This document shows, in pieces, positions 49,940 to 62,186 of a DNA stretch of 64,000 nt. The number at the start of each line of letters is the position of its first letter. Position 1 is the stretch's first letter. The translations under genes and the position numbers were made by a program. Location: positions 31,992,001-32,056,000 of the forward strand of contig OZ004608.1 in the NCBI GenBank assembly GCA_963924565.1, written 5' to 3'. Source of the DNA: Ascidiella aspersa. Its lineage: Eukaryota. Below the pieces are notes generated by a model, which ran no database searches, was not told where the DNA came from, and saw only the letters and a program-made list of their open reading frames with translations.

Positions 49940-52900
49940 TCAGGTCGTACTCGAAGTTAACGATGCCAAAGAGCCGTACACGTCAAGCGGCGTTTCTTGT
50001 ATAGCGCTCGGGCGACGCCCAACGGTTGAGTTTGTGCCTTTATTGTGATCGCCAGCGGCGCTAGACGCATCTGCGGATTCAGTTCCAACCTCGTCCGAAA
50101 CACTCGGTAGCAGAACTCGCTTTCTCGACTTTCCAACTGCTTTAACATTGGCTTTCAGATTTGTCTTGCTCGACGCTGTGGATACAGAGTCCTTGATGCT
50201 GGGGGTCGAGCTGGATTTGCTCTTTGCCTTTGCCTTGGCTGCTCCCGACTGCTCTCTAACGGAAGGTGGAATGGCCTTGGCGCTGACCAGACGGTGGCGC
50301 AGTTGGATCACTTCACGCGCTTTGCTGTCACGCTCGCTTTCGGTGTCGGCTAGTTGTTGCTGAAGGCAGGCCACTTCGCGATTCTAAATATATAAACATT
50401 TTTTTTATATTAGGATTACTACTTATTAATTTAGACATTTTTACACATTAGCTGTTCCAGTCCTCAATGTAGACGTTTGAAATGTGTAGGATTTCTTACA
50501 GTAAATGTTCAGAACCGCATTTAGTTTTATTTTCTTTGCAAAACAGAGGGCATAACCCATTGATTGGTTTTGATTTCCTTAAGATAAAATGCATAGCATT
50601 TAAAAAACGAAAGAGTTTATACCAGATTTTGTTTTCATAGATTTATTCTTTTAAGGTGTCGCACGTATTTTAAAGGATTGCAGGGTGTAAAAAAGTGTAA
50701 AACTTTTTAACAATGTAACAAAATTCAAAGTTGAAAATTACAAAAAAAAAAAAAATACGCAGTGTTCAACCGTCTGTTTTAAATTGTGTTCACCATAAGC
50801 ATACCAAACAGTAATGTAGCCTAATTGAAAAAGCCGTACCCAAACAGCGTCTAAAGAGTTCTTTAGCGTGTTGAGATTTTCCCGATAGACGACGTTCAGT
50901 TTTTCGACGATGTCGGGCCTCATAATCATGCCCACCGCGTCACTGGCCGGCGCCCGGTAGCTCCCCATGTCCGGATCCGACAGGCCAGACCGGACGGGAG
51001 ATGGCGGTATGGCGCTGTCCGGACTGACGTCACGTCTGAAGGAAATAAACGCGTTTTTGAGGCAACTTTTAATTTTAAAGATTATGGCGTCTGAAAGTTG
51101 TGAAACATCATAAAAGAGATTTTGGAACAATGAGTTCGAAGTCTACCAAATTATATAACAGGGTTTCAAAAACCTGGTACTCAAAGGGGTTCACAGGATG
51201 TTTTCGTGATGTAATATTATGTGTGTGACGACAAATTTTATGCTGTTGAAAAAGCCATACGATCAGTGACCATTTATTTGTTATTGGCAAGCAAGCAGCA
51301 ATTAAAAAACATTTCATTTTCCGCTCATCGGATGTTGATTATAGTTGGTGAAATATGATGTAACTACTTGAACTTCCTAATTTTCATCGCAAAACTGTTT
51401 TCTGTTGTAGTAGCTCACGAATATGTGGTTTGACCAGTTTGTTGTAAAGCGGAATGTTTTGAAAAAAACATGCTTCGGTGATTGATAAAAAGTGAAAATC
51501 TTCAAAATACGGACATCAATCTTATTTTAAAGAACGTCTGACCCAGAATAATAGCAGCAGAACACCCGTGCACCATCACAAACAAATAGAAGTCATAAAA
51601 CTATTTTACACAAATCTAAATTCTTCTTACCCTGTGTTGTTCCCCTGGGTCGATGGTTGGCGGGTGCTTCCCCTCATCGACACGTGTACGTTGGAAATGG
51701 ACTGGACGTTTCCCCGTCCCTGGTTGCTGGACATCTGGCTTCCCTCGTACATTGCATTGGCGGCCCGGTTACGTCGAGCTTGCTGCATCACTAGGTTCTG
51801 GTAGAAACATATTCGATCGGATGTTTAAGTGGTACAATATGCGGACAACGAAGCGATATTGCCTGTGTGCTGTGCATGTTGAACTGTTGAGCACAATGTT
51901 TCTGAACAGGGTCAAAACGAAAACAACCTACACCAATGATTTTTAACCGGTATTCCGCGAAATTGTAGCGTTCCGCGAAATATATCGCCAGGCAGGAAAT
52001 TTAGTAGTTTGACTAATGTTCTATGCCATGGAACACCGGTCGAAAATCACTCATTTAACACTGGACATATCACGTAAGTAGCTTTTGTTATATGAAAGTA
52101 TTTATCCTTTAAATGTTTCATAGTGATTATAAGATTCGTTATGTAATAATTTCATTGCAATTTTGGCTGTCTGTTGCTGCTAAACAATAAATCATAGTTC
52201 CGTGATCCACAAAACGTTGGAAAACACCAAGTTACACTGCACTACGTCCGGAATCAGCCAGCGACGGCTCTGTATTATTAGGACAACGCATACCCAGGTT
52301 GCAGCTAGTCCACAAGAATACTTTTCGGAAAGCAGAAAAAGTTATTGTTTTCGTACGCAAGGAAGATTACGTCACTCACCATGACCCTCGGATACTTGGC
52401 CAGCGTGTCGGTGACGTCATGTGACGCAAGCACGAACAGCTCCGAGTAGCCGCAGGATATGACGTCACACGTGCGTCGGTGGTTGCGTTGCATGTTGAAG
52501 AGGTTCATTTCGCCGAACACGTCGCCGTCCTTCACCACTGAAACACTTCCATCGTGTTCCCTGCAAGTAGAATACCAGTTATTTAATCAAAGTACAAAAA
52601 TCGCCTTGCCAAAACATTATTTTTTGCTGATTTTTTTTTAATTTAAAAAATAATTGTTGTAAGCAAAGCCTTTTTTTTTCTATGACCTTACGACTGTTTG
52701 GAAGTGTTTTGGAGCAAAAATGCCCCTTTTCTGGTTTTGAAATGATTGTACCATGCAGTGCTTATTGGCAATAAAATACTAAATGTTGGCAATAAAATAC
52801 TAAGTTTTAGCATCAGCCCTTTGTGTAGGGATTGTTTGTCGTAAATTTATTTTTATCTGCTCTACTAATTTCGGTATTCAAGCCTTGTCGTTCATTGTGC

Positions 52901-55900
52901 TGCGAAATGGCCTATTGAAAAGTTTCTGTAAGACACATTCCAAGTTTAAGTTTTGGTGTCAGACAATTAATTACGTTTTGGTCGAATAACCCGACTTGAT
53001 TTTCAAATAATTTGAATGTTCCCTTATTGCCTTGTGTGGAGGTTGCTATCATATTGTTTGGATCGAAATAATTTCATTTGTTTAGACCAGGGGTCGGCGC
53101 CTCTTTGACAAATTAGACACTATTTCACATACTTTTTGACTATTTTAACTATATATAAGTGCGAAAAATTTTCGCTCTTCGCGCGAATGATCTTTCTACG
53201 TCCAGTTTGTTTATGCTTTGATGCTGCCTTTTCAACTAGATCAGCGCTTCTTTACCGTTGCGCGGTGGAAAGCTACCAAAGTGCGTCGCGGAAAAACGGA
53301 AAACGTATTAAAAAATATTGGACATATATTTTTTAACATTTTTTCATTTTTTATTTTCGGCAATGTAATAAAAACTTGCAAGAATTTAAAAGAAATGCCG
53401 ATGTACCATAAAAAATCGCGCTTGCTTCGCTCGCTAGTTGTGCCTTGACTTGAAACAGTTAACAAACACTGAGCTAGCTTAACTTTAAATGTTATCTCGT
53501 TACCCAAAGTAGTTTTATTTCACTTTTCATTAGTAGTATGGACGACGACATGTGAACTCGAATTTTGAACCAAACATACGCTTTTTTCGCGCTTTGCGCC
53601 AACACTTTACTGCCTCCTTAAATTTAAATAAACACGTTTAAGTGCAAAAACGATCCGAGGCCCGCCTGATTAACAGTTGTCCTAAATTGTTAATAACACA
53701 ATTCTTAGTTATCATTTTGTGCGGCCCGCAGAGACCTTCCTGAGTTTGGTTTTGGCCCGCGACTAGAAAAAGGTTGCCGACCCCTGGTTTAGACGCTAAA
53801 CCACTTTTTATGGCTTGCCATTTGTTGCAAAATCGATTGACTGGAATTCTAGTCGCTTCAAAACGCCTTGTTAACAACACTGGCCACTGTTCGTGTGTAC
53901 TTGATTTATATTGCATAACGTAAAACTCACTTTATGACTTGCAGGGCACCCTCTCCTACAATGAACATCTCCGAACCGGCGTCGCCACTCTTGTACACCG
54001 CTTGACCAGGAAGGTAAGTACGTCTGGACATACGAGAAACCAACTCTCGCAGCAGGTTAGAATCGCAAGACGACAACTCGGGCAACTGCAAAATGTGTAG
54101 AAATACGATTAGATAAATTAAATGTTTTTAAATTGTTTTGAAAAAATAGAAATTAGATAAATCAACTTTTGAGTTTTTGTAATTTAAAAAAGTCAAAATT
54201 TTGAAGGTTTTAAAAGTTCTGAGACTATTTTAAGTAAATAATGTTGCAAAATTTTATATATATCGTTTGACTTTTTCGTTTATTTGATTTACAAGCTTAA
54301 GAAAGCTTAAGACGACGTAGTTGACAAACTATATATTCTCTTCCTGTTTTACCCGAGGGATTTAATGCAGTAAACATTCTACTCGGTGTCTTTTCAAAAC
54401 CTCGCACATGTGTTATTGCATTTTTTATGGCTTGTACGTATTTTTAGCTTGCCGAGTCGTTTTTTTGTACCTGCTTTAGAGCCTTGTAGTTTCCGTGAAG
54501 CTTCATTTCGTCTTTGATTGCGATGGGAAGGTGGCGAAGCATCCGCTTTTCATCAAGTTGATCAAAGTCATGGCTGGGATGAAGAATTGTTTAGTTACTT
54601 TTGGTTACAAAGAGCAGATTAGATTTTAAACTTTTAAAGAAGTGCGTTTAATCTAAAGATACAAGTTTTCCACCTTAGAATTTCGTAAACCAACAAACTT
54701 TATTAAAACCAAAACACTCCTAATATAATAAGAAGAAACAAAGAAATCCAAGGATATTTTCAATGATATACAATTTCATTCTAAAGATTCCGGTTTTTGT
54801 TATTAGTTACATGTGAGTTACTCCTAGGAAATTTATTTTTTCCAACTGTCTTACTGAAGCCATGTGTGCTGATAGAATTGCTCGACCCTGTCCCGTGTTT
54901 CCTTCGGTAGGTGGCGCTGTTTCATGAACCTTCGTGATGACGTCATGGCCCTTTCGAACTCGTGCTTTTTGCCTTGACTCGCCAGAACCAAGCTTGTTAT
55001 GTAACCTTGAAAAAAAATAGTTTTATTTGTTAACATTTCTATGTTGGCAAGGCATGTTAAAAGTCGGGTAAAACTTAATAGACGCAAGATTATATTTAAT
55101 AATATAAGAATAAATTGTTTCAATTCCAACGGGTTTATATTTAATTACAAGCATAAAGATGCAAAAGTTATGCGAGGCAGAAAATAAGAACTTCAGTTTT
55201 TTGTAATTTTGTAAATATTCTCGTTTTGGCAACATAGTGTGTATCTAATTCACGTTTAAAATTGATAAACGTAAAAAACAATCACATATTTCAAAGGATC
55301 AGATTTTACCATAAAAAAACTGGTTGTAGCACAAGTCGAAGCCACACTTACCAATCACAAAACAAGTGAGTGCGAATCCAGTCAGGGTCAAGTAAATGGT
55401 GAAGGCGAATCTGTAAACACAAAGTGGTCTGTTTGATTTGGAATCGATCACCAAAACAGGGTGACAGCGGATGTGCCTGCGCCTGTTGAATGGTGGTTTT
55501 AACCAAAGTTTGACGCCATCTCGGAAGTCGTAGCACGGTGTTTCTATGTCTGATTTTACTGATACTGTCAATTGTCAAATCGGTTTGTTATCAAAAGTAG
55601 AAAAACATTACGTAATGTTACTTTTTGTCGATATAAAAGCGAAAACAATTATTGTAAACTTTAAAATAGGTTTTTGATTTTTGCATGATATGTAGAGTTA
55701 ATTTTGCGAGCTGTACCACCAGTGTTATACATACCGCCGTAAATTTACGTGATAGAAGTAAAAATTAAACAGTTTTCATATTACACACTATCAAAACTAA
55801 TAAATAAATTATTATCAAAACTAATAATAATTAAGGCCGTACATTTTATTGACGATAAGGAAGCTTTAACTAAACTAATCCATTAAACGTTGGTTTGGTG

Positions 55901-58900
55901 AAGCGCGTTGTAAAAATACCATGAGCTGTATTCTAAAGAATCGTAACAGTTAGGCTTTTAAAGACACGCGTTTTGCACCCATACTATACGCCGTGTCTTT
56001 TTTATACAGTAAATTTGGAGTATTGCTTAAAAACCACGGGAATGATCTTTTATGGAGATTTTCTACACTTTATCTGAGCAAAAATAAATTGGATTTTAAA
56101 CCTTTTATCCCTGTTAAAGGACGAATACGTTGATCGGGAAATTTAAACACGCTCCCAAAGAACGGAACTGGCAGTTTAAAGCGACCCCACAGTGCTACAG
56201 CGCAACGTTGGATGTAAACACTCGAACCGGAAAACTAACATCGGCATCAATTCCGACAAAAATACGCCACAGGAACTACAGTAGCTGAAGAGAGGAAAAA
56301 CACGGGAACAATCTCGACGTACTGCCAATTGCTTTCCGGTAGAGTCTCCTCCGCGTTCCAAAACATGGATCTGAGCGCCCAATAGAAGGAATAGGTGTAC
56401 TGGCGCGTCATCAAGGCGTACTCGGGAAACAGGCTCGGGTCCGGGTAGGCCCAGGCGGCCAGCGACGCACCTGCGATATTATAGCATCAGTGAAACTTTG
56501 AAGCAGAAAACAACTCCAGTATTTTGCAATTCAAAGTCCAAATGGTCGCAGGCGAAGCAAACTCGGATTCACACCTTTTTGTCATTTTTGCCGCTGCTTT
56601 GAAGTACATTTAGTTAATAGATACGCACAAAAATTGTTGACGACATTCAAACTTTGAAAAAAATATCGGCGACGTTTTCAACTTGGACAAAATAACAATT
56701 CCAAAACTGGTGGTTTTTTGTCAGTTTATTGCGTTCGTTTTATTAACTTAATCTTGTTATCAATCGCATCGACGTAATCCAGACAAGTTTATTGCAATAT
56801 GCTTTTAAAATCCTAATTAGGCACTGAATAAAAAAATGCATGGCATAGAAGAATCACAATGCTGCTAATACGTTGGCGCTTTTATTCGTTGCAATTTTAT
56901 GACTTTTTGTTATCATGCACTTACCGTAGCCGTTGACAAGAGCCAGGGCAAAGTAGATACAGGCGTTGTAGTGTATGACCAGCAGGACGGCATGCATAAT
57001 GTTGATACACCTCCACAGGGTCGGCCATTGAGTGCGCATCTCCACCGTCCGGTACCAGTTGTACTGCACGGAATAAATATGAAGTTGTGTTTTATGTTGA
57101 ACAGTTGTTCTCAAGTTTTGTCTGCTAACTAAGAAAATCACCCTTACTTTACTGTACTTTAAAGAACGAGGCAAATGTCATAATGTTATTTAAAGGTATC
57201 TCGCATCCAAGTGACTACACGGCTGTTTGTAACTTCAAGAAGTACACTGCTTTACAATTTTTATTCAAAAACTAAAAATCATTTTCTGCTGCAGTATGTA
57301 TCTGTTATGACCCAGCGAAAAGCGAAGTTTTGCTCTTGTAGGATAAACCGCTCTGGAACCAGTTAACTTTTCAACCCTAGTGAAACTACAATGGTAAACG
57401 TGTGACAGATGTTTTTAAAGAAGTCCTGTAAACTAAAACAACTTGCCTTAATACGGAAGCCTTTGCTTTACTTAGTTACAAAGGTTGAAAGTGAGTATCC
57501 TAAACACTTACCGCCCGGTAAACCTTCAGCACTCTATTCATCCTAAAATATGGGTTGATTGTGAGCACAAAAAATATATCAGTCGGAATGACGGACAAAA
57601 TGTCCAACGCCAAAGTCCACTCTCTTCTGTGGAAGTGAATCAGGTCTTCTGTGTCTGTAAAAAAGATCAATTCAAGTAATAAATGCAACAAAGACATAGC
57701 GACTCCGCTTATGTTTAACAGCAAGTAAACAAAAGCAAAATTGATGAGAATTTTGGTAAAATCAGATTACAAAAATGCAGTCGATGGAATTATTATTTTT
57801 TCGACAAATTAAATAAAAAACGATTTTCCACCATGCCATCGCAATATTGGCAAAAGACAAGTGCTACACAAAAATGTATTGCTATAAGATAGGTATACCT
57901 TTTATATATACGCCACTCTTCATGATACGCGTTCGAAATTTGATGAAAATGTCAACGATGTATATCACGTCGCACGTCACGTCGATGCAAAGCCACAAAC
58001 CACTCCAGGGCACTTGTATGTCTGCGAAAACAAAATAAGGCTAAGAATTTGCATGGATTTCAAGACGGTTCTTGGTGTACACTGTACACCTATAAAACGC
58101 CTATAAAATAAAAAAAAACTTTTTATTTGAAACAAGTTTTAAAATTTTAGGTGAATTTTTCACTTTTTGGAGGACATATTGTGTACGTGAAACACTTCAA
58201 GATCCAGTGTAATAGGAGTCAGCTAACGCAAATCATACGCACTTTTGTTTGTCAATCTATTGGTTTGCCAGTCACGAACGGGTTTCGTCAATAAATTGCA
58301 TGTATGTTTTTAGATTTAATAGCTTTCTTTTTTTTATAAATTAAACGAAGAAAACGCACTTCATCCTTTTGGAAAAGGCTATATGCACTTTACATACTCT
58401 CTGCAAAGTAGCAAACCTTTTGGCTATTAACAGGTAAAGCGCGAAAAATGCAGGGCTTAACTGCGGTTCAATCAAAAGTTTTTTCTGTTGAACTATTTCT
58501 ACAAAAAACGGAACTTTAAAGCAGCTATTTTTGGCAGCTTTGCTTCGAATCGTAGTTAAACTAAAGGCAACGCTGTTCAAAAGCATTGTCGGACCACTTG
58601 TGGTGTTTGACCTTTTGGTGATACGCAACCCGTATTTTGTTGAAAAAGATAACGAGCGATTGGTCGCAGTGCCGCAGCGGGCAATAAGCGGGTCAGAGTT
58701 GTTGGCCAGGGGCGGGTCCAAGTTTTGTTTCGGGGGAGGAATTTTGTTCTCGAAAAACTTGATTCTCTTAATCTCCCAAAACTTGTTTCTCATGCAGATG
58801 CATCCAGTCTGATCGCGCGAAGAAAAATATTACGTTAATTTGGTTTAAATTGGCAAAACCGTCAAGTTAAAAGGGTACGTGGCGTTATGGCCACATAATA

Positions 58901-61900
58901 GAGTTTGGCATAATGCTCGACTCAGCATTTACAATTTAATTTAACGAAAACTGCCTTTATACAGTTTATGAGTTCACACGCCGCAAAACGCTATTATATT
59001 CATGGTGTCTTTTTGGGACAAAAATGTAGTAGAATTGGATAGAAGTTATTTCGTATTGCATAGTAAAAGTTGGCATAACAAATAGATTTGAGGGGTCATG
59101 GCCTGATGTCCCTCCACCCTGGATCCGCCCATGCTGTTGACACAAGTGTGCCCGTTTAGCTGGGCCACGTACCAAAGACTTGAAGGCGTTCGGCGTCATA
59201 GCGTCGCAATGCACCACGCCACAGGACTCAAAATAGCAGCGGTCAATTCGCGTGGCAGCCAGTGGAACGGAATCTGTTTATAGCTGCATATGCATATGAC
59301 CTTCGTCCTGAGTTTCCTGTAATTTGCGATTTAATGGATCTTGACCCACTTTTAATCGCGGGACATAAATAAGTGTATCTCGTATACGCCTTATAGTTGC
59401 TTGTTTTGTTCTTCACCATAAGGACAAGGCTGATATTTTTAATAGGCATCAAGCTTAGATTTTTATTCTTTATGAGACTTGGCAAACTTGAAAACTAGTG
59501 TTTTGTTCTAAATTCAAAGGTACCCTCGTTGTTTGAAATAAATTAAAATTGTAGGAATTGCGTAGTAGAACAGTGGTTTTAGCCTGTGGTTAATTATATC
59601 TAAAGGGTCAATTGTCAATTTAAAGGGGTGGTTCCATCTTTGAACTAAATAGCAGTAATAAAGATTATTGTCAGCTTTTCGATTTTGTTACTTTGCTCAT
59701 GAAAAATCAAAATGCAGTGGTTTGGTGGCTGTTTCAATGAAATGTAAAATATTTTGGGGCAGTTTACCGAGTTGGCTTTTGTGGATTTTAAACAGAAGTT
59801 TGTTTCGTTCCACGATCGTGTTTTTAACTATTCCTCTTTGCTATATCCCGATAGATCACAGCGCATTAAGGCAGTTTTACCAAGTTGTGTACTGCGCCCA
59901 TGTTGTCAATTTGACCACTCAAACGAGAAGCAATTAAAACGCTATGCCAAATCACGTAAAACGGAGCACGCAAGCTCAGCGTTGTTGACCTACTCCTGTG
60001 TATATTGTTATCGAACGGGAAATAATCGAGCTGGCCGATTTTGCCAAAACCAACTGGCGCTCGAAAAGTTGTCGCTCCGCCCCAACGACTGTCGCGTGTC
60101 GCCAAGTGCCGCTTGTCGCTTTGCGTGCGTCGCGACTTGGCATAGCTGCTTATTGAGATAAGGACTTAATCAGGTCCTTGTCGAACGGGTCATAAGGTCG
60201 CGACATTTTCAGCAGAAAGAAAACAATTTTATCGTTTTCAGCTCAGCCTAAACGCCGAGCAACACAATTTTTTTCAGAAATTGCCTACATGAAAATCTTA
60301 CAACATAATTTAAGGAAATATTAAGGTTTAGAAAACTCCACCTAGTAATAACAAGGAATTTAGATTCTGCATGTTTTATTATAATCTTAATAGGGAATTT
60401 AGATTTGCACACTATAAATAATTATGACAATTAGGTATTTACATGACACACAATTATAATGGTAATGTTAAATAAATATAGAGAAATACCACACTTCATC
60501 GGAAATGGTCCTCTTCATTCTGAAAAGACTACCAAATCCTTGGTTTTTACCAGCTTAAAGAGCCCATAGCGCTCAGCTTTAACAAAGCAGTTAACATCGC
60601 CTAAAAATAGACACACACCTGTATCGAATGTAGCTCGCAGCGGGATCACCCAAACGTTGTACAGTACGGCTAGGGTTACAACCATTAACCAACAATAGAG
60701 GAAGGTAGATTGCGGCAGATACGACTTCCGCCAGATGGAGCTACAGAGGCTACTCAGCGAAAGCTTTTTCGTTCGAAATTTCTTCTTCGACGATATTCGG
60801 AACCTTGACGTGTCTTCTTGATCAAGATCATCTTCTGTAATGACGAATCAGTAAAATATTAGGAAACCAACGACATCTCTCTTAGATTGTCAAATTACTT
60901 TTACACAAAGTACAATTCAAGCAAAAACTATAAAGTCAACACCCAGTCTTGACCTTTTTACGAGCAAAACTTGAAGTAAAAATTGAATGTTGTTTTTCAA
61001 ATCTTACCAAAATTAAATAATACGAAGTCTAGGTCAATTCACATGCCTTAACAACTTTCTAATATTTTGCCCTAATAAGTCAAGATGATTGATTCATGAA
61101 ATTATGTCATAAAGACTGAAGGCAATTCGAGTCATTTAATGATAATAACTTCAGTTCACTGAAGTCAAGTCATTAAGAGGTAGAATCAAAGAATCTTAGT
61201 TCTACGTCAAAAAAGTCAAGTCGTTTGTAAACAGGTATACTTAGATCATTGCAACACTGATTGTAACATACAGTTAATACCATATATAAATCGGCGTTCC
61301 AGATTCCTACCACAGCGTTGAAACAATTAATGAAGTAATGGACAGTATTTTGGTTAGGGTGTCGGTTATAGTGTTCGGGTGTGGGTGGGTCAAGTATTGT
61401 TCTATTTAATATTAATTTTAACCCTTACCCAAACCCACACCCTAACCCAAATACTATTTTGTTGTTTTGGGATTCTAGACCAGCGACAAAAAAATCGGTC
61501 GCGTATTTCAACTGACGCTTCAAAACTCGCTACTCACCGGACGACGAGTCCTCTTCCATGGGTCCGGACTCCTCGATGGTGATCGGCACCGGGTTGCCGG
61601 CCGAGTTGACCGAGTAGATGCCGGACTCGTAGGCGCGGTACCCGGTCGCGGTAGTGGGCGAGTCGCCAGGGCCCTGGTCATCGCTGTCCGAGTAGCGAGG
61701 CACGTAAGCAGGGTTTGTGTACCTCGAAGTACGAAACGCGTCCCGTCGGCCGCTTTCTTCAGCCATAGAAGCGCCTTCGAGGCTTTTTAGTGCGATCGCG
61801 TCTTCCCTTTGACTGCTCGAGGTGCTCTCGCTGGTCAGGAAGCGAGAGTCTCCTTGAGCGCGCGTCTCGGGCGTTACGGCGTCCAGCCGCCGCCAACGCA

Positions 61901-62186
61901 GCGCCATGCGCACCGCTTTGGCCAAAGTGCCGAATACGCCGGGTTTCTTGTCCTCATTTCCCGCCGTTTCGCCGACTTCTCCCGGGCTCACAAGACGCTG
62001 AACGTTGAAGTCCTGCGAGCCGGAAGCTGTCGAGTGCTTGGGCGTGGCGCTCTGCGACTTGGCCGACCAAGACTCGCGCGGTTTTCCCGGCGGCTGTTCG
62101 GCCTCGGGAGCGTCGCTGGAAAACGGCGGCGATTCAGCGTCCCTCGCCTCCGCTGCCTCGACCGTTGGGATAGGGTCGGTGTCCAT
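49940..62186 (-). CDS. Cyclic nucleotide-gated channel subunit, divergent, about 957 aa; 14 exons: 62186-61538, 60834-60619, 58021-57899, 57654-57512, 57063-56925, 56470-56323, 55410-55352, 55005-54855, 54573-54471, 54085-53931, 52560-52380, 51797-51631, 51035-50840, 50383-49940
   Basis: S1 LYNVWVIPLRATF, S2 DVIYIVDIFIKFRT, S3 LDILSVIPTD, S4 FRMNRVLK, S5 IHYNACIYF, C-linker, and CNBD (YLPGQAVYKSGDAGSEMFIVGEG, FGEMNL...RRTCDVISCGYSELFVL); all introns GT-AG and phase-compatible. Confidence 0.93.
53088..53786. mobile_element. hAT-like MITE with perfect 8-bp TSD
   Basis: CAGGGGTCGGC ... GCCGACCCCTG; TSD GTTTAGAC on both sides. Confidence 0.88.
58707..59133. mobile_element. PIF/Harbinger-like MITE
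   Basis: CAGGGGCGGGTCCA ... TGGATCCGCCCATG termini. Confidence 0.55.
61293..61487. mobile_element. MITE family A copy in CNG intron 1
   Basis: GGCG...ATTCCTACCAC / GGATTCTAGACCAGCG termini; internal GGTTAGGGTGTCGGTTA matches the 6151 copy. Confidence 0.75.
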
